Virus record (IMG/VR): IMGVR_UViG_3300037485_002668
Span: 1-64,000 of that record
Direction: 5' to 3' (one strand)
DNA length: 64,000 nt
DNA from: a virus
A program made the translations under genes and the position numbers. Shown piece by piece: positions 9,715-18,381 of the stretch. The notes under the pieces are model-generated. The model saw nothing but the letters and a program-made list of their open reading frames with translations. It was not told where the DNA came from and did no database searches. Numbering within the stretch: the stretch's first letter is position 1; the number at the start of each line of letters is the position of its first letter.

Positions 9715-9936
9715 TTATAACCAGTCGTAAGTTTTCTCAAAGATTGCACGGTCGCAAATATAAAGTTCGTTATCCACTCCTTGCATTAAATAATCGCCAG
9801 TTTTGCCTTGTTTATAATTGCCTTCCAGCGCTTTAACCCGGAATTCTTCGTGGACTTGCTTGGCGTGGATAATAATTGGTTTTTTTCGACAGGGGTGTAA
9901 GCCGTCGACGTTTTCGAAGGTTTCGTAAGTTTTCAT
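9715..9936 (-). CDS. PGDYG-like protein
   Basis: GKTGDYLMQGVDNELYICDRAIFEKTY; start at MKTYE after GAGG. Confidence 0.65.
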   Translation of the reverse strand: MKTYETFENVDGLHPCRKKPIIIHAKQVHEEFRVKALEGNYKQGKTGDYLMQGVDNELYICDRAIFEKTYDWL

Positions 9937-9967
9937 AAAATGTTCCTCGATATAAAGGGTTAATTGG

Positions 9968-10240
9968 TTAGACAATGCGCCAGACGCGTGTACCAATTTT
10001 ACCGGTAGTTTCGTCCAGGGCGTGAATGCCAAAGAATTTCTTTGGTTTCAGCCGTTTACTCATGGCGGAAATTGCAGTTGGCGATATTTTGTAATCGGGG
10101 TTACCATCCACCACGAAAAATGAATCGCCTACCTCCATTTGTTCAATGGGGTATTTTTTTAATCGATATGATTTCCAATCGGGAACCGGGATACCTTTGT
10201 CAATTGGTACCGGTTTGAATGGTTTTTTTTCTTTAGCCAT
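9968..10240 (-). CDS. small phage DNA-binding protein
   Basis: IDKGIPVP...KYPIEQMEVGDSFFV...RVWRI family pattern. Confidence 0.65.
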   Translation of the reverse strand: MAKEKKPFKPVPIDKGIPVPDWKSYRLKKYPIEQMEVGDSFFVVDGNPDYKISPTAISAMSKRLKPKKFFGIHALDETTGKIGTRVWRIV

Positions 10241-10253
10241 GACGGGGTTGCTC

Positions 10254-10646
10254 CTAAATTATTTTATTAATGAAATATCTATTTTCGGTTTTCCAATAAT
10301 TCGGAATACCGATTTCAGTGTTAACAACTTCCAGATAACCAGACTGGGTTGGTTCCAGGTTAAATTTTTCAATTAAGACCGATTTTACCAGGTGCCAGTT
10401 TTCCAGGCAGATATAAAAATTGGTTACGTCAACGCTGCCAAGTTCGGTATAAATGGCAGCGCCTAATTCCCACGCAAAAAGCATGGGGGGATCGCTAAAT
10501 CGGTCTAGTCTTACCGGGTTGTCTTCAAATTTACCCCAATAATAGATATTGCCGATTTTTTGATAGACCTCCCGGATTGCCAGAATGGTTTTTAGATATT
10601 TTTTATAAAAGGCGGCTTTATATTTTTGATATTCAGTATTTGTCAT
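10254..10646 (-). CDS. hypothetical protein
   Basis: First ORF after the leftward promoter. Confidence 0.55.
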   Translation of the reverse strand: MTNTEYQKYKAAFYKKYLKTILAIREVYQKIGNIYYWGKFEDNPVRLDRFSDPPMLFAWELGAAIYTELGSVDVTNFYICLENWHLVKSVLIEKFNLEPTQSGYLEVVNTEIGIPNYWKTENRYFINKII

Positions 10647-10746
10647 GTATCACCATAAATAAAATTCGTTGGGGCTGTTCACATTTCGGGTACCATACAG
10701 CCCCAACGGTGTATTTAAAAAGGAGAGGAGAATGAATACGGCGGTC

Positions 10747-10836
10747 AATATATAAAAATTTTTTGACTTTGTCAAGAGAAATTTTGCAAAAATTTTTAAA
10801 AAAAGGGTTGACTTGAAAAATATTTTTACGTATATT
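10747..10836. promoter_or_regulatory. divergent sigma70-type promoter pair
   Basis: Minus strand TTGACA-N17-TATATT (10775-10747); plus strand TTGACT-N17-TATATT (10808-10836). Confidence 0.8.
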
Positions 10837-10865
10837 CAAGGCTTCATTTAAATAGGAGGTAAGTC

Positions 10866-11150
10866 ATGAAATTTGATCCCACAAAATTTAATGCAATAGC
10901 TGAGGCAGCATTTCAGGATAGCTGGTGTGCCATTTGTGGTAAAAATGCCGTTGATGCCGGTTGGGATATTGATATGGTGAAAACGTTTCAAAATATAACC
11001 CGGCTTTTCTTTTCGCATGGGATGGCGTTTTTGGTTGATTATATGCACAAAGAGAAAGGGAACCCTTTTATTGCATTAAATGGTGAAGTATTGAGCAAGG
11101 AAAATTTAATTGATTTATTTACACAATATTTTGAGGTCACGAAAAATTAA
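10866..11150 (+). CDS. hypothetical protein, first gene of the Ubl/TROVE operon
   Basis: Strong RBS AGGAGG. Confidence 0.7.
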   Translation: MKFDPTKFNAIAEAAFQDSWCAICGKNAVDAGWDIDMVKTFQNITRLFFSHGMAFLVDYMHKEKGNPFIALNGEVLSKENLIDLFTQYFEVTKN

Positions 11151-11164
11151 ACAAAGGAAAGTAC

Positions 11165-11434
11165 ATGTTAAAATTGACAGTCGTAATTGACGGTGAAAAT
11201 CGGGTTTATGAAGAAACGGCTTTGCAATTGCAGGGCATAAACCTGGATTTGCCGGCGGAAGAAATTCTGGCTAAGCTGGAAAGTTGGCTGCAAGAAGAAA
11301 ATAAATCGCTGAAGGAAAACGGAGCGTTTCTGTATAAGGTAAGCAAGGACGCGGGTCAGGAAACGATTGTTGTTTATCCGAATTCGGAAGCGGCGGCGGA
11401 AGAGGGCTTTGAAAAGTTTGTTGCCGAAATATAA
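11165..11434 (+). CDS. putative ubiquitin-like (beta-grasp) modifier with C-terminal extension
   Basis: Predicted beta-beta-alpha-beta-beta pattern (LTVVIDGENRVY...AEEILAKLESWL...YKVSK...TIVVYP); in the same operon as E1 and JAB. Confidence 0.5.
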   Translation: MLKLTVVIDGENRVYEETALQLQGINLDLPAEEILAKLESWLQEENKSLKENGAFLYKVSKDAGQETIVVYPNSEAAAEEGFEKFVAEI

Positions 11435-11617
11435 ACTGCGAATCGGAAATTTATGAATGACCACGCCGAGGTGATAAATGCTTATTCAAAAGTATTCCCG
11501 CTGAATGAACTTCGGCCTTTGCTCGATTTATTTTTTACGGGTGGGGCGCGGTTTGGCTGGTCGTCGGCCTTGGATGAAGTTGAAAAAAGGTTAACTCAAA
11601 AAAAGGATAATTAAATT

Positions 11618-11842
11618 ATGTTATTTAAGGGATATAACGTAATTTGTTTTTTATTTGGGCATAAGGTTAAATATAACGATTCTGGGTTTGATGTTTGTAT
11701 TAGATGCAACGCGCATGAGTTTTATGATATGAACAAATACAAATTGGCTGGATATTTATTGCGGCCTTACTGGAAGTTGATATTAATCTATAAAAATATT
11801 AAAAGCTATTTTCGTACAAAATATGGCGGATATCCATTTTAG
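11618..11842 (+). CDS. small protein (C-x3-GH...CxRC, DUF1660-like)
   Basis: ICFLFGHK...CIRC. Confidence 0.5.
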   Translation: MLFKGYNVICFLFGHKVKYNDSGFDVCIRCNAHEFYDMNKYKLAGYLLRPYWKLILIYKNIKSYFRTKYGGYPF

Positions 11843-11854
11843 AAAGGCAGTGAC

Positions 11855-12109
11855 TTGAATAAAACGGATTTAATCAGCACAATAAACGATATAATTTTAG
11901 CTCAACTTTTTTTGGTGATATTTTTAAAATATAATGATTATCAACTATTAAATTGGTTAAATCGTTATTTTCATCATTTTTTGTGGCATCTAATATTGGT
12001 ACTAATAATTGTTTTGTTATTAGATATTTTTGGAATATCATACGAAATTAAGCTGATTTTAATGTATATTTGTTCAGCGTTGTTGATTGAATATAGAAAA
12101 AACGAATAA
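11855..12109 (+). CDS. small membrane protein
   Basis: Three hydrophobic segments; AT-rich. Confidence 0.45.
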   Translation: MNKTDLISTINDIILAQLFLVIFLKYNDYQLLNWLNRYFHHFLWHLILVLIIVLLLDIFGISYEIKLILMYICSALLIEYRKNE

Positions 12110-12142
12110 AAAACAGAAACATTAAATTTTAAAGAGGTAAAT

Positions 12143-13654
12143 ATGGAAACCTTACTTGCCGAGGGGCAGTTGCAGGTATTTAACCTGCTCAAAAATGGGT
12201 GCCAGCATTTGTGGCATCGGGGGAAACCAGATCAAGCGAAAATTGAGGGGGTCTTAAAAGAATTTTATCCGTTAACGTTTCAAGACCCAAATTTCCTGGC
12301 GCACTTGGCCTGTTGGTCGTTGCGGCAGGATATGAAAGATCTGAAAGTAATTTCGATTTACCTGAATTTTTTGTCTTCAGCCGACGGGACGGCGTTTGAC
12401 CGGGAGGCTAATTTGTTCCGGCCGAATTTGCGGATTGTAAGTTCGGCGGCGGTGCAAAAGTTGGACGTGCCTTTGACCCTGCGGGTGCTGCAATTGGGAA
12501 AAACCAAATATGAAATTCAGCCAGGGGTAAAAAGTACGCATTGTCCCGTGACGTTACGGACAGCAGTTGGGAAATACCTGGCGTATCGGCAGCATTTACC
12601 GGCAACGTTAGCGGGAATCAAGGCGCAGGGCTTGCGCAAAAAGTATCTGGCAATTTATCGGGCGTTGCATCGGCGGGTACCGGCTGAAGTTTTGGCGGCA
12701 TTCAAGGCGGATACCTTAATTGAAAAGTTCGGGGGGACGTCAGAAGAAATTGTAAGCCAGATTGAAAAAACGGCCAAATCGGTGCCGGTAATTTTATCAA
12801 TGCTGGAAAAATCGGCCATTAGCCCATTGGTGGCGGTGGCGCTGCTGGAACGGTGCACGCCAAAACAGGTCGTGGTTTATCAGGCTTTGTTTGAGGAACT
12901 GGGGCTGCTGGCGGTACCGGAAGTGGCGGAAATATTTGCGGCAAAAGCGGCCATGGCGGGGGCCAGCGTGGATCGCTTAAAAGTCAAGGGCGTACCGGCC
13001 ACGGAACAATTAAAACAGGAAATCCAGGCGCAGGCGCATAAGGCGGCGGTCGGGTCGGTTGGCAAAGTGTATCTGCATTTGGACGTTTCGGGTTCCATGC
13101 GAACGTCGATTGACTGGGCCAAGAAATACACGGCAAAAATTGCGGCGGCCATTCAAGACCCGGCGAATAATCTAAAGATTGGGACGTTTCAGACGATTGG
13201 ACAGGAATTGCCGGCACCGGGTGGTTATACCCAGGCGCATTTTGAAAAGTTATTTTTTGGCGTCAATAGTTTTGGCGGAACGATGTGCCACGCGTTATGG
13301 GAGAAATCCCGGACGTGGGGGGCGGACGTGGACGTATTTGTTACCGACCAAAAGCATAATGACGGAACAGCGGAAAGCAGTCCCGGCTACATTCAGGATT
13401 TGGCGGATCATTTTGCTAAATTTTCCAGACCCAAGGCGGTGGTGATTGTGAACGTCGGGGTGCATACCTCAATTTTAAGACAGGCGTTTGAACGGGTGGG
13501 GGTACCCGTGACGGAAATTTTGGGGTCGGATTTGGAAAAGTCACAAGGGATTGGGGAGGTGCTGAGGACGGCACTGAAGGGGTCGCTGGCGATAGTTGAG
13601 GAAATTATGGCGACGCCGTTGGTTGAATTGCCAAAATGGTGGTGGGCGGTATAA
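12143..13654 (+). CDS. TROVE/Ro60-like helical domain plus C-terminal vWA protein
   Basis: DPNFLAHLACWSLRQDMKD resembles the TROVE N-terminal DPxFxAxL motif; helical body; vWA MIDAS LDVSGSM...GGT...VTD. Confidence 0.7.
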   Translation: METLLAEGQLQVFNLLKNGCQHLWHRGKPDQAKIEGVLKEFYPLTFQDPNFLAHLACWSLRQDMKDLKVISIYLNFLSSADGTAFDREANLFRPNLRIVSSAAVQKLDVPLTLRVLQLGKTKYEIQPGVKSTHCPVTLRTAVGKYLAYRQHLPATLAGIKAQGLRKKYLAIYRALHRRVPAEVLAAFKADTLIEKFGGTSEEIVSQIEKTAKSVPVILSMLEKSAISPLVAVALLERCTPKQVVVYQALFEELGLLAVPEVAEIFAAKAAMAGASVDRLKVKGVPATEQLKQEIQAQAHKAAVGSVGKVYLHLDVSGSMRTSIDWAKKYTAKIAAAIQDPANNLKIGTFQTIGQELPAPGGYTQAHFEKLFFGVNSFGGTMCHALWEKSRTWGADVDVFVTDQKHNDGTAESSPGYIQDLADHFAKFSRPKAVVIVNVGVHTSILRQAFERVGVPVTEILGSDLEKSQGIGEVLRTALKGSLAIVEEIMATPLVELPKWWWAV

Positions 13655-13655
13655 G

Positions 13656-13883
13656 ATGAAATCACTTCCAAAAATAGATTATGATGAACAATTGGTTAAC
13701 AAGCTTGAAATTCAGCTTTTAAGAAGTAGGATTTCGGTTTTAGCGCATTTCATTAAATTGTTGCGGGATGATGCGCTGACCGTAGAAAACAAGCATACGA
13801 TTTTGAATGCGTTATGTGATTTTTTTGAAATTCCAAAGGAGGTGGGGGATAGGAAATATCCTACTTGCGAGGAAAAGGAATAA
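13656..13883 (+). CDS. hypothetical protein
   Basis: ORF coupled to the vWA gene; start MKSLPK. Confidence 0.5.
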   Translation: MKSLPKIDYDEQLVNKLEIQLLRSRISVLAHFIKLLRDDALTVENKHTILNALCDFFEIPKEVGDRKYPTCEEKE

Positions 13884-13887
13884 TTAA

Positions 13888-14109
13888 ATGGAAGTTATTG
13901 CCATAAATTTTTGTTTAGGGGCGTATTTTTTAATTTTTGCAATATATAATTTAGAATTGGCATTGAACCATGACAAAAGATATGAACTTTTTACGTATGG
14001 TGTAGCTATTTTATCGGTATTGTGCAGTCTTTTGTTTTTTTATTTGTCAATTAGCGGAATTGTTCAAAAACTTGATTTGATATTGTTAAAATTAAACGGG
14101 CTGAATTAA
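13888..14109 (+). CDS. small two-TM membrane protein
   Basis: Two hydrophobic helices. Confidence 0.55.
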   Translation: MEVIAINFCLGAYFLIFAIYNLELALNHDKRYELFTYGVAILSVLCSLLFFYLSISGIVQKLDLILLKLNGLN

Positions 14110-14937
14110 TTGAATGCTAAAATTCAAAATATTTTGGCGGCGCAAAAAGAGGCGATTGTGCCTGTCTGGAAAGGCGTTTTTTCCCATCGGCAGCGAAAAT
14201 TTAAAGTCGATTGGAATGACGGCTGGTACTGGGTGAAATACGCGGACGCGGGTATCCTGGAAGCCAGAAAACTGTCATTGTTGGAAATTCAGATGGTCAG
14301 CCAGAAATGGAAATGCTACCTGGGGTATCTGGTCAATAACGGCTTTTATTTTGCGCAGCCGGCACAGGAAAAAGAATTCAATCGGGCAAAAGCTGACGTT
14401 TCGGCGGTATTTCGGTCATATCCCGTGCGTTTCTGGCAGGGGCTGGATACCTGGCAGGAAGTGCGGGTTTGTGAACGGGATGGCGATCTATATTTCGTTC
14501 AGACTGAAATGCCGTCGGCTTTATTTTTGCAGGTATACGGACGTTACCAGAATCAAGAGCGGATTGACAGTATTCCAGGTTTGACGCCGGCGTTGCGGAA
14601 TTTGTTTTGGGTTACCTGTTTGCAGGATCAATTTTTACAGGAACAGGCGGAACAATCGGCGCGGGAACGATTTAGTCAGACGCTGGAAGGGCGAATTCGA
14701 AACGCGCTGGAATTGGGCGGCGCGGAGTATATTTCGCATCGGCAGGTGGGTCAGCGGTTGAATGTATTTTGGCGGGTCGGGGGTGTGCAATTTGATTCGG
14801 TGGTGGATTTGAATTTGCGGGGGGTGGAATTGGGCTTTTGTTTATCGGGGGAGGATCAAAAGCATACGTTGGTTAGTGCGCCGATTTTGGCGCGGGAATA
14901 TATTCAAAACGATGAATTGGTGATTTTACGGAGGTAA
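14110..14937 (+). CDS. conserved-Cys protein (GFCLSGED), candidate E2-like transfer enzyme
   Basis: C-terminal domain RIRNALELGGAE...GFCLSGEDQKHTLVS; between the vWA and JAB genes. Confidence 0.55.
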   Translation: MNAKIQNILAAQKEAIVPVWKGVFSHRQRKFKVDWNDGWYWVKYADAGILEARKLSLLEIQMVSQKWKCYLGYLVNNGFYFAQPAQEKEFNRAKADVSAVFRSYPVRFWQGLDTWQEVRVCERDGDLYFVQTEMPSALFLQVYGRYQNQERIDSIPGLTPALRNLFWVTCLQDQFLQEQAEQSARERFSQTLEGRIRNALELGGAEYISHRQVGQRLNVFWRVGGVQFDSVVDLNLRGVELGFCLSGEDQKHTLVSAPILAREYIQNDELVILRR

Positions 14938-15330
14938 ATGAACGCTTTAAAATTCATTCGGGAATCCGGGGCGGTGATAATTGACGGGTACGTTATTCAG
15001 GTCAAAGTAGGGACGGAACTGAACGTGGAATTTGACTTTATGGCGGCCTGGGAAATTATTAAATGTTTACCGAAACAGTTTAGAATGCTGCGATTAATTC
15101 ATGTGCACCCGGATGGTATACAGGAACCCTCCCGTCAGGATTGGCTAGTACTGAAAGCCTGGCAAAGGGCTTTGGGGTCAAAATTTATGGTTACCATGGA
15201 AATCTTGACCGTGGATGGGGTGCGGACGTTTGCACCTGAAGGTAAAGAGGTGAATTCGGCTTTTAGTAATGAAATTTTTGAACTTTTAATTGATTTGAGT
15301 TATTTGCGCAGGGATTGTTATTGGTTATAA
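14938..15330 (+). CDS. JAB/MPN+ metallo-isopeptidase
   Basis: HVHPDGIQEPSRQD matches the JAMM motif HxH-x7-S-x2-D. Confidence 0.8.
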   Translation: MNALKFIRESGAVIIDGYVIQVKVGTELNVEFDFMAAWEIIKCLPKQFRMLRLIHVHPDGIQEPSRQDWLVLKAWQRALGSKFMVTMEILTVDGVRTFAPEGKEVNSAFSNEIFELLIDLSYLRRDCYWL

Positions 15331-15339
15331 GGAGAAGAC

Positions 15340-15885
15340 ATGTCAGTAAGCAGGAAAACATTTTACGCAAATCGGGCGAACAACAAACTGGTCTATTTAG
15401 ATCAATTTGGGGTATCGCGGGTTATTTCGGGAATGATTGTAAGTTCGCACAGTGACGAATTATTGATTTATTTGCCAAACGAGGAGCCAGTCGGGGAACG
15501 AATAATTTTAACCCCTTCCAGGGAAGATTGGGAATCGCTTTTGAAAACATTGGATAATCCAAGCTATTTTGAAATGGACACAGACGGGAAAACGGTAAAA
15601 GCGATTCATCGGAAGTGCCAGCGGAAAGTCGGCGGCGATTTGCAATGGAAAATTTGGCGGCGGGATGGCTTTAAGTGTGTTTATTGCGGCGCTCAGGGGG
15701 GCATTAATAACATCACTTTGAGCATAGACCATTTTATTCCAGTCGAACGCGGGGGAACCGATACTGAAAACAATTTAATTTCGGCCTGTCGGAAATGTAA
15801 TCGCAAAAAGGCGGATTTAATGCCGCAACAATTTTTGACGCTAGGCGAATTCGAACGGATTGAAAAATTATTGGGGCGGTCATGA
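15340..15885 (+). CDS. HNH endonuclease with N-terminal extension
   Basis: RDGFKCVYCG...IDHFIP..RGG...NL...CRKCNRKK. Confidence 0.9.
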   Translation: MSVSRKTFYANRANNKLVYLDQFGVSRVISGMIVSSHSDELLIYLPNEEPVGERIILTPSREDWESLLKTLDNPSYFEMDTDGKTVKAIHRKCQRKVGGDLQWKIWRRDGFKCVYCGAQGGINNITLSIDHFIPVERGGTDTENNLISACRKCNRKKADLMPQQFLTLGEFERIEKLLGRS

Positions 15886-16451
15886 AAAGAATGGTTATTT
15901 TCGGGGTGGGGACGCTGGGCAGTCATTTTGCGCTGCTGGCGGCGGATACGTTCCGAAATGAATGTGAATATAAAATTATCGATTTTGACAAGGTCGAAAA
16001 GCGAAATTTCAGAACGCAGGCATACTGGCCGATTTACGAAAATAAGTTCAAAGTAGAGGCGCTGCAAAGTCTGATTTGGGGTAAGACGGGCGTTCTGGTT
16101 GATCCGTGGAAAACGTGCGTTAAGTCCAGGGAACATTTTACAGGTTATGATTTGGTCGTGGAGGTGGTCGATAATCCGGAATCGATAGCCCTGACCAAGG
16201 GGTTGAATTGTCCGGTATTGCATTTGAAATTTATCATTCAGGATGGAAAGCCGGTCGGGTCGATTTTGTGGGATGAAAAGTACAATTTTGGCGGCGCGGC
16301 AAAAAATGGTGTCGACCCGTGTGATGTGGAAGGGATGCTGGCTTTTGCGTGGGTGATGGCCGGGCATGCGGTTTGGGTCGTAAACCGATTTTTGACGCAG
16401 GGGGTAAAAGAAAATCGGGTAATTACTTTGAATAACGTGCAAATTTTTTAA
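15882..16451 (+). CDS. ThiF/E1-like adenylyltransferase
   Basis: GVGTLGS, IDFDKVEKRNFRTQ, KVEAL, VVDN; candidate catalytic Cys in VDPCD. Confidence 0.85.
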   Translation: MKRMVIFGVGTLGSHFALLAADTFRNECEYKIIDFDKVEKRNFRTQAYWPIYENKFKVEALQSLIWGKTGVLVDPWKTCVKSREHFTGYDLVVEVVDNPESIALTKGLNCPVLHLKFIIQDGKPVGSILWDEKYNFGGAAKNGVDPCDVEGMLAFAWVMAGHAVWVVNRFLTQGVKENRVITLNNVQIF

Positions 16452-16459
16452 AAAATCTA

Positions 16460-16488
16460 TTGACATTATAATTTTATTTACGTATATT
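16460..16488 (+). promoter_or_regulatory. sigma70-type promoter for the ncRNA cluster
   Basis: TTGACA-N17-TATATT, 22 nt upstream of the first RNA. Confidence 0.8.
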
Positions 16489-16510
16489 ATACCAGTTATT
16501 TGACATATAT

Positions 16511-16664
16511 GCGGGACTAGATCAAAGTCTGGCCGTAAGGCTGGATTTGTAATTAACCTGAATTACCCACAAGGTTACCTTGTTTTTAAGTCAGGTCACA
16601 TGCAAATTGGTAGATCAATAGATTTCTAATCTATACGTTCTCGGTTCGAGTCCGAGGTCCCGCT
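16511..16664 (+). ncRNA. tRNA-Arg(TCT) scaffold with an ~81-nt insertion in the D-loop
   Basis: GCGGGAC-TA-GATC-AA-[16526-16606]-TTGGTA-GATC-A-ATAGA-TTTCTAA-TCTAT-ACGTT-CTCGG-TTCGAGT-CCGAG-GTCCCGC-T. Confidence 0.8.
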
Positions 16665-16672
16665 CTGATTTT

Positions 16673-16806
16673 GGGGAGATGGCGAAATGGCAAACGCAAA
16701 CGTATTGGAACGTTCATTATTTGAGCAGGCTTTTACGCCCACGAGTTACGCTCGTTCATGTATAAGCTTACATGCAATTTTCCAGGTTCGAATCCTGGTC
16801 TCCCCA
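16673..16806 (+). ncRNA. tRNA-like RNA with a 6-nt anticodon loop and a ~67-nt variable region
   Basis: GGGGAGA-TG-GCG-AAATGGCAAA-CGC-A-AACGT-ATTGGA-ACGTT-[16715-16781]-CCAGG-TTCGAAT-CCTGG-TCTCCCC-A. Confidence 0.75.
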
Positions 16807-16809
16807 CAA

Positions 16810-16878
16810 TGGGGTTCCTGTTTTCGGGCTGAGTAACTTTTGGCGGGGTTTGCTCGCCTGGAAGTCAAGGGGCCTCAT
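16810..16878 (+). ncRNA. long imperfect hairpin RNA, third element of the ncRNA transcript
   Basis: GGGGTTCCT/AGGGGCCTC, TTTTCGGGC/GCCTGGAAG and GAGTAAC/GTTTGCTC pairings before the terminator. Confidence 0.45.
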
Positions 16879-16900
16879 TTTCATGGTATCTCCAAAATAG

Positions 16901-16931
16901 AAAAAGCCGTTCAGCGATGAGCGGCTTTTTT
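16901..16931 (+). terminator. intrinsic terminator (bidirectional)
   Basis: aaaaagccgttca-gcga-tgagcggcttttt. Confidence 0.8.
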
Positions 16932-17078
16932 ATTTTATCCGGCCGGTGACGAAACCAGCCTTTTTGATTGTAAATTTGGTGAAAGTTAACGGGCGGTTAT
17001 GAGTTTTAAAAATTTGGGTGATTTTGGTGAAATAAAAAGGCCGGAAACGGGTATCCGGCCGGTGGGGAAAGTAGACCT

Positions 17079-17411
17079 TTAGGAGTCGGTTCTTTTATAA
17101 AGTCCGACCATGCCCATTGAAATAAGCTTGTCTACGGAACATTTTTCAGTTGCCGCTGGCATATCGATTTCATGTTTGTATACCCACTGAAGGTAATACT
17201 TCCATTCGTTTAGCCGTTCAAAGGGGTCTGTACTTCTATACATGTGCCAAGTTCGGGCGTCCACTTTTTTAGGATCGTAAACATTAGCGACCCATCTTTT
17301 TTTGCAAATACCGTTGGTAAAATGATCTGCCAAAACGTTTAACTCTTTACAGGATTGGCAATCAAATTTTTCGGTTTGAGAACCGTCAATTGTTTTGAGA
17401 ATATCATTCAT
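17079..17411 (-). CDS. hypothetical protein
   Basis: ORF with GAGG RBS. Confidence 0.55.
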   Translation of the reverse strand: MNDILKTIDGSQTEKFDCQSCKELNVLADHFTNGICKKRWVANVYDPKKVDARTWHMYRSTDPFERLNEWKYYLQWVYKHEIDMPAATEKCSVDKLISMGMVGLYKRTDS

Positions 17412-17466
17412 TGGTTAGTTCCTCTTTTGGTTAATGGTTAAATTTAAAAGTTAAATTAAAAAATTA

Positions 17467-18381
17467 TTACAGTTCTAAGTTGACCGGTGTTCCAAAGAAA
17501 TCCACAACTTCCTGGTCGGGGGAGTCATGGAAATAAAACATGATCGTTGTTTTGATGTCGGCATGGCCGAGATATTTTTGAATATACTGGGCGGCGGAAA
17601 TCCCTTTGCCAGAAGACTCCAATATTTTTTTCAGGTGCATGGCGCAGGAATGCCTAGCCGTATGCGTGCCAATGACAAATCCGGTATGCGCCATGCCACG
17701 CCGTAAAATATTGAAGTAATTCGGCTGGCATAATCGGGTACCGCGTTTTGATTCAAATAGCCACACTTTAGAATTGCATACTTCCTTGATTTGGTTGAAC
17801 AGGTCTACTTTACAATAGACCGTGCGGCTTTTGTGACCCTTGCCATCCTGTACTACGACTTGGATGGCATTTTTATTTTGGGAAAGCTCACAATCCGTTA
17901 GCTTAACGTTTACGGCTTCGTTGATTCGCATTCCCGTTTGGAATTGGAACAGGAATAACAGCCGTTCTCTTGCTGGTAATGAATCGGCATGTTTATAAAT
18001 TTCCTCTTCCGTGAGGTATTCATTCCGTCTGATTGCCCGGTCTTGTTTAATGCAGGGAGCGATTCGGGCGATGTGCATTTTTAAGGCCGCGATGGATGTA
18101 ACTCTTCCGTCAAATTCAGGCTGGCCTTGAATGAAATATAATAGCGCGGCTTTGCCGATTTCACGGGCCGAGGCTCCCCAGTTGGAACGCGATTCAAAGA
18201 AACGCTTGATTGTTTCCAGGCTTATCGTTAGCCCGTACTTTGCCATGAATTCGTTGAATCCGATAGCAATTCTTTTATATTCGTAGATTGTTTTGTCAGC
18301 CAGGGGACGGATAGACGTGGGTTGTACGTCCAGGCGAAGTTGACTAATGGTAGTGGTTTGGGTGGTGGTTAGGGTTTCCAT
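17467..18381 (-). CDS. tyrosine recombinase/integrase
   Basis: TGMRINE, GKGHKSR, HTARH, LGHADIKTT..Y catalytic motifs. Confidence 0.9.
   Translation of the reverse strand: METLTTTQTTTISQLRLDVQPTSIRPLADKTIYEYKRIAIGFNEFMAKYGLTISLETIKRFFESRSNWGASAREIGKAALLYFIQGQPEFDGRVTSIAALKMHIARIAPCIKQDRAIRRNEYLTEEEIYKHADSLPARERLLFLFQFQTGMRINEAVNVKLTDCELSQNKNAIQVVVQDGKGHKSRTVYCKVDLFNQIKEVCNSKVWLFESKRGTRLCQPNYFNILRRGMAHTGFVIGTHTARHSCAMHLKKILESSGKGISAAQYIQKYLGHADIKTTIMFYFHDSPDQEVVDFFGTPVNLEL

Noticed and set aside
15693-16466. 257-aa antisense ORF and other opposite-strand ORFs over recognised genes (for example 34805..35413, 19955..20368, and ORFs inside the tape measure gene)
   Set aside because: They are shadows of well-supported genes on the other strand and have no recognisable motifs.
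16511-16806. Group I intron or CRISPR-type array
   Set aside because: The inserts are only 67-81 nt with no group I core, and there is no repeat-spacer periodicity.
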